A stretch of DNA of 32,000 bases, taken from an uncultured archaeon. Its GTDB lineage: Archaea > Asgardarchaeota > Thorarchaeia > Thorarchaeales > Thorarchaeaceae. Shown in pieces: positions 17,137 to 26,308 of the stretch (position 1 is its first letter; each line of letters opens with the position of its first letter). The notes under the pieces are model-generated. The model was not told where the DNA came from, ran no database searches, and was given only the letters and a program-made list of their open reading frames with translations. The stretch lies in the NCBI GenBank assembly GCA_964354495.1, contig CAYHAA010000001.1, forward strand, positions 90,001-122,000, given 5' to 3'. The position numbers and the translations under genes were made by a program.

Positions 17137-18972
17137 CTATCTTGTTACTCTCACAATCTTGGACTGAGCAATTAGGCTGCGGATTCGGTCGTCCTTGGTC
17201 AGAAGGCTCTCTTCGTTTTCCTGAAGGATGAGCAGAGCGCCAATATGATTGCCCTCGTTCAATGCAATAATCAAGGACGTGAGTGCATTGATTATGTCAT
17301 CCTGCATCGTCTTTGCTATTTCCTCGATAGATGAGATTGTCGTCTTGATTTGCTTCCGATTATCGGGGTAGTGCATGAAGCGTGCCTCGAACACTCCAAA
17401 TAGGTCCTCGAATGCTTCCTTCAGCTCGTTAGCGGCCTTAAATCCCTCTGCAGATTTCGTAAGCAGTTCAATAGCTTTCTCTATCATCTTGTCCGAGCTT
17501 GTCTGTAGTGCCTCTATTCCAGCAGTCCTAATCCAGATTGTTGCTAATTCGGGGACTCCAAGCTGTTTATAGTACTCCGCCGCCTGCTCTGCTTTTTCAC
17601 TTGCCATGCAGTGGAACGATTCGTTTCTCTCTGCATCACCTAGTCGCGAAGCACAATCTGCAGCTCTGCTGTAGAGTTTTGATGCCATCTCTGCTTCTTC
17701 TGCGGTCGATTTTTCCTCAGCTAGTTCAACATACAGAGTGATTGCTTGTTCAATGAGCTTGGTGTTCTCTTCTTTCTGACCTGACTCAAGGAAGACTTCT
17801 GCCGCCTCCTCCAGTGCGATAGCTTGTCGTTCCTTGTCTCCTGCCTTGCTCCGATTCTGAGCTTGCTCGAGGTAGTATCTTGTTACCTGTGAGTAGATCT
17901 CCTTGGCTCGGTCTTCATATCCCGCGTTCTTCAGACACATGGCTTGATATCTGAGGTACTTCTTTTCCGAGTCAACTTCTCTGTCTGATGCCGCCCTCTT
18001 GGCCAATTCTTCAAACATCTCACTTCCTCTCTTGAATGCCCACTTTGCCTTCATACCTCTGCCCAGTTCGCTGAACATATTGCCTCCCTTCACCAGGAGA
18101 GGAGCTACAGCCTCTGGTGTACCCTCCATCTTCAGATATGCCTCTGCAGCGTTAGCGAGCGCCTTATTTCTGGCAGATGTCAGTCGTTGAAGTCTATAGG
18201 CTTCTTGAGCAGCATCATAGATGTTTCCTGCCTTCTCATAGAGTTGTGCAGCCTCATACAGCTCTCCAGCCTCCATCATTGTACGCGTAGCTTCTGGAGA
18301 CTCCCCTATTGTCTGCATGATTTGAGCCGCTTCTGCTAGGGCATTTCCTGCAGAGAGGAAGTCGCCCTTGCTTTTTGAAGTCCTTGCCCAATGCTGAGCT
18401 ACCCTGACTGCCCGGTCATTGATTCTCTCTCCGAGCTCCTCATCACCAGCAGTATAGTAGAGCCTGCTGACCTTTCGAAGGAGGCCTATTGTCTCAGAGA
18501 AGTCCCCCTGTTCCTCTGTGCCATCTGCGATATTCTCCAAGGCATCGGCCGCTCGAATGTTGGTGGTCTTCTTCTCTTCATCTGTCATAGCAAAATCTTT
18601 GGCTCTGAAATAGAAATCAGCAGCTCTCTTGTATTCATTTGCTGCATCTGCGATTTCTCCGGCTCTCATGTTGAGTCGAACTATCTCTTTGTAGATTCCC
18701 GGACCCTGAGGCATTCTGACCATCATCAAGGTTGCCCTATCAAACAACTTGAAGCTCTCGTCTGCACGATGTAGATCTCGATAGACGAGCGCTGCCTCTT
18801 CGAATGTCTTTGCAGCCATTTCGTATTCATTCTTCGATTCCAAGTGTTCTGCTGCCTTTACGAGCTTCTTCACGCCCTCCTCAGTATTCCCATCAGCAAG
18901 AGCCTGTTTGGCTTCTTTAAGGAGGTCATCGCTAGGGGTCAAGACTATTAGTTCTCCTTCACTTGGTTCCAA
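17137..18972 (-). CDS. Alpha-solenoid protein with alpha-SNAP-like (TPR-like) repeats
   Basis: All-helical Ala/Glu/Lys-rich sequence with repeated A..Y..AA..Y units (EMAAKTFEEAALVY, SAGNALAEAAQIM, EKAGNIYDAAQEAY, MASKLYSRAADC). The start may be TTG 18942. Confidence 0.7.
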   Translation of the reverse strand: MEPSEGELIVLTPSDDLLKEAKQALADGNTEEGVKKLVKAAEHLESKNEYEMAAKTFEEAALVYRDLHRADESFKLFDRATLMMVRMPQGPGIYKEIVRLNMRAGEIADAANEYKRAADFYFRAKDFAMTDEEKKTTNIRAADALENIADGTEEQGDFSETIGLLRKVSRLYYTAGDEELGERINDRAVRVAQHWARTSKSKGDFLSAGNALAEAAQIMQTIGESPEATRTMMEAGELYEAAQLYEKAGNIYDAAQEAYRLQRLTSARNKALANAAEAYLKMEGTPEAVAPLLVKGGNMFSELGRGMKAKWAFKRGSEMFEELAKRAASDREVDSEKKYLRYQAMCLKNAGYEDRAKEIYSQVTRYYLEQAQNRSKAGDKERQAIALEEAAEVFLESGQKEENTKLIEQAITLYVELAEEKSTAEEAEMASKLYSRAADCASRLGDAERNESFHCMASEKAEQAAEYYKQLGVPELATIWIRTAGIEALQTSSDKMIEKAIELLTKSAEGFKAANELKEAFEDLFGVFEARFMHYPDNRKQIKTTISSIEEIAKTMQDDIINALTSLIIALNEGNHIGALLILQENEESLLTKDDRIRSLIAQSKIVRVTR

Positions 18973-19128
18973 TCATTTTGTTGTGCCTTTTCAATTCCTG
19001 TTTCCTCATAACAGTTGCCCTGATATCTGTCTTATTTTGATGTCATCTGACTTGCAGAGCCATCAAGATTCGACTGCAATGTCACGAGTGTGTGGACACG
19101 CTTAAGTAGACGATGAAACCCACTTTCT

Positions 19129-20517
19129 GTGAGCCATTCAATGAAACAGATCTCCCTTGACCTAATTGATCCAAATCAGTATGATGTCATCATAGCTGGT
19201 AGCGGAGCGGGTGGCCTCCTTACTGCCCTTGCTCTGTCCGCAAAAGGGAGAAAGGTGTTGGTGGTTGAAAAGGAGAATCGCCTTGGTGGCGTCTGGCATG
19301 GGTATTGGGTCGATGGATATCGTGTTGATCAGGGTCTGCATGTGATAACGCGTGTAACGCGCGGTGCTTTCGTCAGATTTCTTAAGAACTATCTCTCTCC
19401 GCCTCCAGAGTTTGTGCTCCATGATGGCTGGGAGTTCCGCCTGTATGATAAAACCGGGCCAATTCCTTCGAGCATCGGAGAGACCCTGAGATGGCCCCTC
19501 ACGGGCTGGAGAGGCCGTCTGGGACTTGTCAGGATTGGTGCAAAGATAAAGACAATGAAACTTGATGAGATGAGAAAGTACAAGGACATCTCATTCCTCG
19601 AATTCATGCAAGCCAGAGGCGCAACGAACAAGACTATGCTTGATGTGATGCAGAGTGCTATCTATATGGCTGCGGGAGTGCCCATTTCTGAGGCCTCTGC
19701 ATACGAGGCTCTACGCACGCTCAAGGATACGGATAAGGAATCATCGAAGTATGCATCGGCAAAGAGACTACTCTTCGGATCAAACGAGTATGATGAAGGT
19801 TATGTCATCGGTGGGATGGAGGGTCTCGTCAAGAGAGTGATTGAGACAGCAAACGGGGACTACGTTCTTGATGCTCCAGTTGAGAGAATCCTTGAGAATG
19901 ATGGGCATGTGACTGGTCTGACAGTGGCGGGCAGAGACCTCCGGCATTCTCGAATCGTGAGCGATATTCCTCTTTGCTCCATGAACAAGATTGTCAAATC
20001 CGATAAGGCAGAGAGTCGTGCATTCTTCAGCAAATGGAGCAAGATGGAACCGACTAGAGGCATCACTCTCTGGCTTGGTCTGAAGAAAGTTGTCATCGGA
20101 GACCGCAAGAATAGGGTTCTTGTCCATCCAAATCCAAATCGCTGGATTGTATCAGTTTCAAGCTTCGATCCGAGTTGTGCTCCTGAGGGAAGAGAGTTGA
20201 TAGCCATTGCCATGATGGCTGAGCCCGGTAAATCTCTTGAAGAACATGTAGCAATGATGAAGGGCAATGGACTTGAGAAATATTACCCTGGTATCCTTGA
20301 TCATGTTGAGATGGAACATGCTCAGATGTCATATGCCACTCGAGCGAAGCTGATTCCCGGGCAGACAGACCTTGACAGACCTGGACCCAGAACTCCTATA
20401 GACGGACTCTACATTGTTGGCACAGATACAGCTGGGTCTGGTGTAGGTCTGCAACAAGCTGCTCAATCGGCAGATGGAGTCATTCATGCTCTTAGAGAAG
20501 ATTCAGGGCTCTGGTGA
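19129..20517 (+). CDS. FAD-dependent oxidoreductase, phytoene desaturase/amine oxidase superfamily
   Basis: GSGAGG dinucleotide motif, EKENRLGG, DQGLH, and C-terminal GLYIVGT...GVG. Confidence 0.85.
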   Translation: MSHSMKQISLDLIDPNQYDVIIAGSGAGGLLTALALSAKGRKVLVVEKENRLGGVWHGYWVDGYRVDQGLHVITRVTRGAFVRFLKNYLSPPPEFVLHDGWEFRLYDKTGPIPSSIGETLRWPLTGWRGRLGLVRIGAKIKTMKLDEMRKYKDISFLEFMQARGATNKTMLDVMQSAIYMAAGVPISEASAYEALRTLKDTDKESSKYASAKRLLFGSNEYDEGYVIGGMEGLVKRVIETANGDYVLDAPVERILENDGHVTGLTVAGRDLRHSRIVSDIPLCSMNKIVKSDKAESRAFFSKWSKMEPTRGITLWLGLKKVVIGDRKNRVLVHPNPNRWIVSVSSFDPSCAPEGRELIAIAMMAEPGKSLEEHVAMMKGNGLEKYYPGILDHVEMEHAQMSYATRAKLIPGQTDLDRPGPRTPIDGLYIVGTDTAGSGVGLQQAAQSADGVIHALREDSGLW

Positions 20518-20695
20518 GCGTCCCACAACTGTTTTACTGTTATCTAGAGGGACATTGACGGGGGTCAGTGATGTAGGCTACCGATTGTGACTCTCTATTC
20601 AAACTCCCCGCTGAGATACAGTGCTAACGTAAAGGTTATGTCTGGTTAATGTCGCGCAGGGCTTGACCAACAGGTCAGTTGAGGCGTCATTTTGA

Positions 20696-21253
20696 ATGAA
20701 GATGATTGAAGTGCGTTGGCACGGCAGAGGTGGACAAGGTGGTGTCACTTCCGCTGAACTGCTGGCAAAGGCTGCTTACATTGATGGATACAAGGGCGTG
20801 CAAGCCTTCCCCTATTTTGGAGCTGAGCGCCGTGGAGCCCCCGTGAAAGCGTTCACACGGATAGCTGATGAGGAAATCAATGTACGAAGCCAGATCTACA
20901 CCCCTGATGTTGTGGCAGTTCTTGACTCGACTCTTCTCGACTTGACCGATGTCACAGAGGGCTTACGGGATAGAGGAAAGGTAATCATCAACACTCCAAA
21001 GCGTGCCGCTGAAATACAGGTTCGCAAGGGTCATATCTACACATATGATGGAACTGGTATTGCATTGAAGAATGGACTTCTGGTCGGAGGGCTGCCTGTC
21101 ATGAATACGACCATGCTAGGGGCATTTGCCAAGGCTACTGGACTTGTCAAGCTCGATACAGTTCAGAGAGTCATACGCGAAAAATGGAAAGGTAAAGCTG
21201 GCGAGAGCAACGCTCAGGGTGCTAAAGAAGCATACGACACCTGTGCAGATTGA
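20696..21253 (+). CDS. 2-oxoacid:ferredoxin oxidoreductase gamma subunit (PorC/PorG-like), stand-alone
   Basis: EVRWHGRGGQGGVT, QAFPYFGAERRGAPVKAFTRI, PDVVAVLD, NTTMLGA. Confidence 0.93.
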   Translation: MKMIEVRWHGRGGQGGVTSAELLAKAAYIDGYKGVQAFPYFGAERRGAPVKAFTRIADEEINVRSQIYTPDVVAVLDSTLLDLTDVTEGLRDRGKVIINTPKRAAEIQVRKGHIYTYDGTGIALKNGLLVGGLPVMNTTMLGAFAKATGLVKLDTVQRVIREKWKGKAGESNAQGAKEAYDTCAD

Positions 21254-21301
21254 TGACGCGTGTGCCATTGCCTAGGGCACCCTGATAGATGTTCCCCACG
21301 A

Positions 21302-22096
21302 CTAGGCATACATACGTTCATACCCACGATGCCCAGTGCTCTTCTGCTGATGCTGCATCCCATCAACCTGTTGAGCCATCTCTTCCATCTTGCGGCGAAT
21401 TATCTCGCTGCCTTCTTTGAGTTCTGTAAGGTCTATCTTCAAATCGTAGAGTCTGTTGAGCGCCTCAAGTAGTTGTACAGCTCCTCCGGGGTCTGGGATG
21501 ACAGAGATTGCTGGCGTCAATAGTGCAAAACCAACCATGGATCTGCATAGTGTTTCGGACAGAATCGAACCAGCAATACCCGTGATGATGCCCTTGTCCA
21601 AGATCTCCATGTCTTTGTCCTTTGCTAGGTCTGCTATCTTCTCTTCCTCTGCTGCGAACAGGACTTTGCGTTCAGATGGTAGTCCCTCTACTGGTATTCC
21701 ATCAAGGATTACGATATCTTTCACACCCATACCTGCAGCCCAGTCAAGTAAGGTTGAACTGACAACATACAGCCCATCGTCTGATACTGGAAGCTCAGCG
21801 GTGACAACGATGAGGTCGAGTTTCTTGTTCCCATAGATTCTGAACGGATGCCGAAGCCGTCCCTCCAAGAACACTGCCGCTGACGGCATGTACCTTGACC
21901 TCAGATGTGCAATCTCCACCATCTTGAGCTGATCGATAATCGCATGAGCAACGATTGGACCAACAACTCCAGCAGATGGAAAACAACAAATCATAAGGGG
22001 CGCCTTAAGTTTCATCTCCTTCGTCTGAACGACATGAGCATCAGGCGATCCCAACACTTTTGCATCGCAGGCTTTTTCCAATATCAGGAACCTCAC
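21302..22096 (-). CDS. PAC2-family proteasome assembly chaperone
   Basis: FPSAGVVGPIVA, PSAAVFLEGRLRHPFRIY, IVILDG, PDPGGAVQLLEAL, IDLTELKE. The start codon is uncertain. Confidence 0.88.
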   Translation of the reverse strand: MRFLILEKACDAKVLGSPDAHVVQTKEMKLKAPLMICCFPSAGVVGPIVAHAIIDQLKMVEIAHLRSRYMPSAAVFLEGRLRHPFRIYGNKKLDLIVVTAELPVSDDGLYVVSSTLLDWAAGMGVKDIVILDGIPVEGLPSERKVLFAAEEEKIADLAKDKDMEILDKGIITGIAGSILSETLCRSMVGFALLTPAISVIPDPGGAVQLLEALNRLYDLKIDLTELKEGSEIIRRKMEEMAQQVDGMQHQQKSTGHRGYERMYA

Positions 22097-22130
22097 CGCA
22101 ATGGTGATGAAACAACGATATTAAGCTTGG

Positions 22131-23528
22131 TCATAGCGGTTCAATGTGGACAAAGACATGGTTGACATCGGAGATTGACTCCATAATGTTCTTCTCAATC
22201 ATATCAGAAATCTCGTGGCTCTCGTTAAGGCTTATTGTTCCATCAGTGCTACATTGAATCAAGAGTGAGATTCCTGCCTTTTCCTTCGTCACGATTACCT
22301 TGGAGCAGTTAATCTTCAAGGCTAACTTCTCGATAATCGTTCGAGTCTGAATTACAGTGTCCTCTGATGTAGCCGTTATATCTACTCCTTCGCTCTCCTC
22401 AGAGTATGTTTCAAGATGTAATAGAACTGTTTTGACTCTTCGGTCAGTCTTCTTGATTTCTGCCTCGAGCTCATCAGATATTCTGTGAGCCTCTTCTAGG
22501 GTCAAATCCAATGACATTTCAACATCCGCAACGATTTCGAACTGGTCCATAAAAGTGAAGATCCGGATATTGTGGACGCTTAGAATCTTGGGCTCTCTTC
22601 TGGCTAAGACCTGCAGTCTCTGGTACAGGCTCAATTTGACGTAGTCCTCAGGGGCCATCTCTGCTGGCTCGACATGCACAACAACATCCACTCTCGGTGC
22701 AAGACCTGTTAGACACGACTCTATGGACTCAGTGATGCGATGTGCTGCGCTTGTGGTCACAGTTTCATCCACCGTCACTACAACATCCACAAACAGATCT
22801 GGTCCTGATGTTCGTGCGCGCACCCTTGAACAACCTAGGACACCTGGAGTCTGTGAGCAGGCCTGGACTACAGCTTCTTTGACTCCTTCTGGAGCACGAT
22901 CTACCAAGAAGTTGAAAGATCTTTTTGCGAGATTGTATGAAACATAGATGATGACGACTGACACACCAAGGGCACCGAGAGGGTCTCCTATGGGAAAACC
23001 TAGTGATACAAGAATCAGACCGAAGAGAACGACTGCTGAGCTCAGCATATCCGTACTAAAATGAAGTGCATCAGCTTCGAGTGCTTGGCTGTTATACATT
23101 CTAGCAGTTCGATAGAGCATCCTACTTCTCTCATAGTCTACAAGGATGCTCGTGAGCATGACAGCTATTCCCCAGATTGATGGCTGTATGAACTCCTCTC
23201 CCAGAATCCTTCGTATAGCTTCGCTTATGATCCAAGCAGATGTAATCCAAAGAAGAACCGTTTCAATGAGCGCAGAGAAGTTCTCAATCTTGCCATGTCC
23301 ATATTGGTGTTCCCCATCTGGTTCCTTTGACGCTGTTCTCACAGCTACAAAAGTAATCCCTGCTGCGATTAGATCCAGACCACTGTGAAGCGCCTCCGAG
23401 ATTACACCAATTGAATTAGTAAGTATTCCAACCACTAGTTTCATCGATGTAAGCAGAAGTGCAGCAATGACAGAAAGAGCCGCGGCTCTCTGGACACTCT
23501 TTCTGCCTCGTTTATCTCTTCCCATCAT
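22131..23528 (-). CDS. Cation diffusion facilitator (CDF) transporter with three C-terminal dimerisation domains
   Basis: EALHSGLD, HQYGHGKIE, ADALHFSTD, and three AH/SH...HxE repeats. Confidence 0.92.
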   Translation of the reverse strand: MMGRDKRGRKSVQRAAALSVIAALLLTSMKLVVGILTNSIGVISEALHSGLDLIAAGITFVAVRTASKEPDGEHQYGHGKIENFSALIETVLLWITSAWIISEAIRRILGEEFIQPSIWGIAVMLTSILVDYERSRMLYRTARMYNSQALEADALHFSTDMLSSAVVLFGLILVSLGFPIGDPLGALGVSVVIIYVSYNLAKRSFNFLVDRAPEGVKEAVVQACSQTPGVLGCSRVRARTSGPDLFVDVVVTVDETVTTSAAHRITESIESCLTGLAPRVDVVVHVEPAEMAPEDYVKLSLYQRLQVLARREPKILSVHNIRIFTFMDQFEIVADVEMSLDLTLEEAHRISDELEAEIKKTDRRVKTVLLHLETYSEESEGVDITATSEDTVIQTRTIIEKLALKINCSKVIVTKEKAGISLLIQCSTDGTISLNESHEISDMIEKNIMESISDVNHVFVHIEPL

Positions 23529-23703
23529 TCGTCTGACCGCGGTCTTCTATAGCCCGATATAACCGTTGTTACGCGTGCTCGAACAATGCCTAATAAATTG
23601 GCTAGGGCTGAATGGTACTTGTTTGACTGAATCGACGAGAATCCGTGTAGCATCAAGATTCTTCTGAGAGATGTATCCAATGTCTGACTCGTCATCTGGA
23701 AGC

Positions 23704-25020
23704 CTAGAGATCCTGGTACTTCTCCCATTCCCAGTCTGATATTTGTTCACTCAAATACTCACGCCATTCTTCGCGCTTGAGTCTGATATGTGCCTTGGCG
23801 ATCTTACTTCCCAGAGCATCCATTATTACAGAGTCTGCTTCCAAACAGTCGAGGGCTTTTTCGAGAGTGGTCGGCAGTGTCTTGATCTTTCGTTTTGCCC
23901 GATCTTCATCTTTCATCATGAAGACGTCTTCACAGCAGGATTCGGGCGGCATAAGTTTCCTCTTGATGCCGTCCATGCCTGCCGCAATGATCGCGCAGAA
24001 CAGGAGGTACGGATTCGCCATGGAGTCTCCTGACCTCAACTCGATCGCAGCCTTCTCACTTGTGCCAAACGTAGGGACTCTCACGAGGACAGTCCTGTTC
24101 TTCTCGCCCCATGTGATATAGACAGGTGCCTCATGGTGTGGCACTAACCTCTTGTAGGAGTTGACAGTTGGATTTGCAATAGCGGTTATCGCGGGCGCGT
24201 GTTCCATCAGACCTGCAATGAACATCTTAGCTGTCTCAGATAGTCCATTGGTCTTTTCATCACCGAATAGGTTCTTTTTTCCGTCCCATAGCTGGAGATG
24301 ACAGTGAAGTCCACTTCCCGCTTCACCTGCAAATGGCTTTGGCATGAATGTGACATCAACGCCTTGACTCCGGGCTATCGCTCTTGCTAGGTTTTTAAAG
24401 ATGAGAATGTTATCCGCCATCTTTCTTGCATCGTCATAGTCTATCTCTATTTCTTGTTGGGATTTGCCGTGTTCATGATGAATGACCCGAGGGTGCATAC
24501 CAACCTCTCTGATGGCAGATGCGAGTTCCAGGAGCATGTCCATAGCTGGATTTAGTGGATGCGTATCAGCATATCCTGCTTCGTCAAAATACTCTCCCTC
24601 TGGAGTGATTACATAGAACTCCGGTTCAACCTTTATTCTCAATTGAAGATTTCCCGTTAGAACCTCGCGGCATAGTCTGTGCAACCGGCCCCGGCTGTCA
24701 AGTGGATAGTAGTCCGTGCTCTTTCCCATGGCTTCCTTCTCTCTCACGAAACACATCGCTGCGGCTGTTCGCCTAGGCGCCAGCGGGATTTCGACGAGTG
24801 TTGAGGTGTCCGGTTCAAGTTGCAGGTCCGATGACTCGACTGAGGCCAGTCCAGTCACCGAACTGCCATCGCAACTTGTTCCCTTCTTCAATGCGGGATC
24901 CGAAGAGAGCATTTCCAAGTTGTCCGCTGGCGTGCAGGGAACAACCATGGCCTTCATCCTTCCCAACAAATCTGTGAATCTTAGTTCGACATACTCAATC
25001 TTCTCGGACATCATGCTCAC
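23704..25020 (-). CDS. Glutamine synthetase-family protein (possibly gamma-glutamyl-amine ligase)
   Basis: FTDLLG, DGSS, EPEF, HHE...QQEI, FMPKP...GSGLHCH, NSYKRLVP..EAP, ANPYL, LPTTL. Confidence 0.88.
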   Translation of the reverse strand: MSMMSEKIEYVELRFTDLLGRMKAMVVPCTPADNLEMLSSDPALKKGTSCDGSSVTGLASVESSDLQLEPDTSTLVEIPLAPRRTAAAMCFVREKEAMGKSTDYYPLDSRGRLHRLCREVLTGNLQLRIKVEPEFYVITPEGEYFDEAGYADTHPLNPAMDMLLELASAIREVGMHPRVIHHEHGKSQQEIEIDYDDARKMADNILIFKNLARAIARSQGVDVTFMPKPFAGEAGSGLHCHLQLWDGKKNLFGDEKTNGLSETAKMFIAGLMEHAPAITAIANPTVNSYKRLVPHHEAPVYITWGEKNRTVLVRVPTFGTSEKAAIELRSGDSMANPYLLFCAIIAAGMDGIKRKLMPPESCCEDVFMMKDEDRAKRKIKTLPTTLEKALDCLEADSVIMDALGSKIAKAHIRLKREEWREYLSEQISDWEWEKYQDL

Positions 25021-25071
25021 TCCAAAGTGCGTGTATTCCGTGCTGATTTCATCTCGTTAAAAGGTCTTGTC

Positions 25072-25407
25072 TCAGCTCCACAGTTCTCGGTACCAGTCTT
25101 CTGCAGCATCACCTAGCTCAAGTCGAATGGATCCACTCACCACGCTCACATCATCGCCCTCTTTGACCTCGAAGTTCAATCCTGCGATTCTGATTGCCTT
25201 CTTCTCTAGATGTACATTACCTATATTCCTAGCATGCATCCGCGCCACTCTCTTGCCTCCATCGATTGTCAGCATCTGTTCTTCGTACGAGACAGAGCAT
25301 GTTGCCTTGAACTTACTGTCCCTAAGTGGCCCTATGTGAACTTCTAGATTCACGAACTCCGCTTTTGTATTACTGGCAAACATAGCATTCACAATTTCCT
25401 TCAGCAC
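25072..25407 (-). CDS. Hypothetical beta-rich protein with C-terminal helix
   Basis: 111-aa ORF filling the gap, divergent from the DUF72 gene. Confidence 0.65.
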   Translation of the reverse strand: MLKEIVNAMFASNTKAEFVNLEVHIGPLRDSKFKATCSVSYEEQMLTIDGGKRVARMHARNIGNVHLEKKAIRIAGLNFEVKEGDDVSVVSGSIRLELGDAAEDWYRELWS

Positions 25408-25492
25408 CTTACACTCTTATGAACCTCATCCTTCAGTCAAACACGTTCCGCAAAACTGAAACACAAATGCAGTAGTATACTGAGTGAGGAAT

Positions 25493-26308
25493 ATGAGAAA
25501 GGGGCTTCATATTGGTACAAGTGGATGGTCCTACGCCAAGGACTGGAAGGATGTGTTCTATACGTCTGGAGGCTCAATGCTGCAGCAGTATCTGCAGTAT
25601 TTTGATACTGCAGAGATTAACTCCACCTTCTATGCCCTCCCCAAACCCAATTTCATCAGACATCTGAGTACCATTGAACGAAGCAAGTTCTTCACGGCCA
25701 AGCTGCCGAAGAGAATCACACACGACTTTCGTCTAGATGTCACCGGGGAGGGTCGGCAAGTCCTTGACGAGTTCTTTGAGCTTCTACAGCCAATTGAGAA
25801 TCGAGTTGATGTCCTACTCATCCAGCTTCCTCCTTGGGATATTTCAACAATGGCAAATCTTGAAGCATTCTTATCCGAACTAAGGCTTCCTTACAGGTAT
25901 GCAATCGAGTTCAGACATGATAGCTGGCTGGCTGAGTCTGTGTGGCGCCTTCTGGAGCAGTATAACATTGCTCACGTTGTTGTTGATGAACCGAAACTGC
26001 CAATCGATCTCAGGGTCACTACCGATTTTTCATACGTTCGTTGGCATGGACAGAATGAAGGCCTTTGGTATAACTACAGATACTCCCTTGCAGAGCTTGA
26101 GGGCTGGATGCCGCGCTTGCACCAGCTTATGGGCACAGTCGATTGTACGTTCGGATATTTCAATAACCACTTTGCAGGAAATGCCCCTCTGAATGCTCTA
26201 CAAATGCTCTCTCTCTTGGGAACTATTAGCCCGAGGCAGGAACGAAAACTAGTTAGTATGCTTGAGCGTGATGAAGTCCGCCAGCTTTCCTTGGATGATT
26301 TTGCATAG
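25493..26308 (+). CDS. DUF72 (YecE-like) protein
   Basis: IGTSGWSY, EINSTFY, LIQLPP, AIEFRHDSW, YVRWHG, YRYS..EL..W, GYFNNHFAGNAPLNA. Confidence 0.93.
   Translation: MRKGLHIGTSGWSYAKDWKDVFYTSGGSMLQQYLQYFDTAEINSTFYALPKPNFIRHLSTIERSKFFTAKLPKRITHDFRLDVTGEGRQVLDEFFELLQPIENRVDVLLIQLPPWDISTMANLEAFLSELRLPYRYAIEFRHDSWLAESVWRLLEQYNIAHVVVDEPKLPIDLRVTTDFSYVRWHGQNEGLWYNYRYSLAELEGWMPRLHQLMGTVDCTFGYFNNHFAGNAPLNALQMLSLLGTISPRQERKLVSMLERDEVRQLSLDDFA

Noticed and set aside
19129-20517. Possible Rab-GDI homolog, given its proximity to the SNAP-like gene
   Set aside because: An intact GxGxxG, the DxGxH motif and the C-terminal GxG flavin motif fit an ordinary phytoene desaturase/amine oxidase-type enzyme.
21251-21256. 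TGA TGA after the gamma subunit as possible selenocysteine readthrough
   Set aside because: The protein is already full length for its family and the tandem stop argues for termination. I saw no in-frame Sec/Pyl candidates elsewhere.
3328-23572. Single TGTTAC half-sites at 3328-3333 and 23567-23572 as extra NikR sites
   Set aside because: There is no second half-site at 13-bp spacing in either place.
23547-23750. 67-aa minus ORF between the GS-like and CDF genes
   Set aside because: It overlaps the GS-like 3' end, contains the promoter-like elements of the CDF gene, and has no motif.
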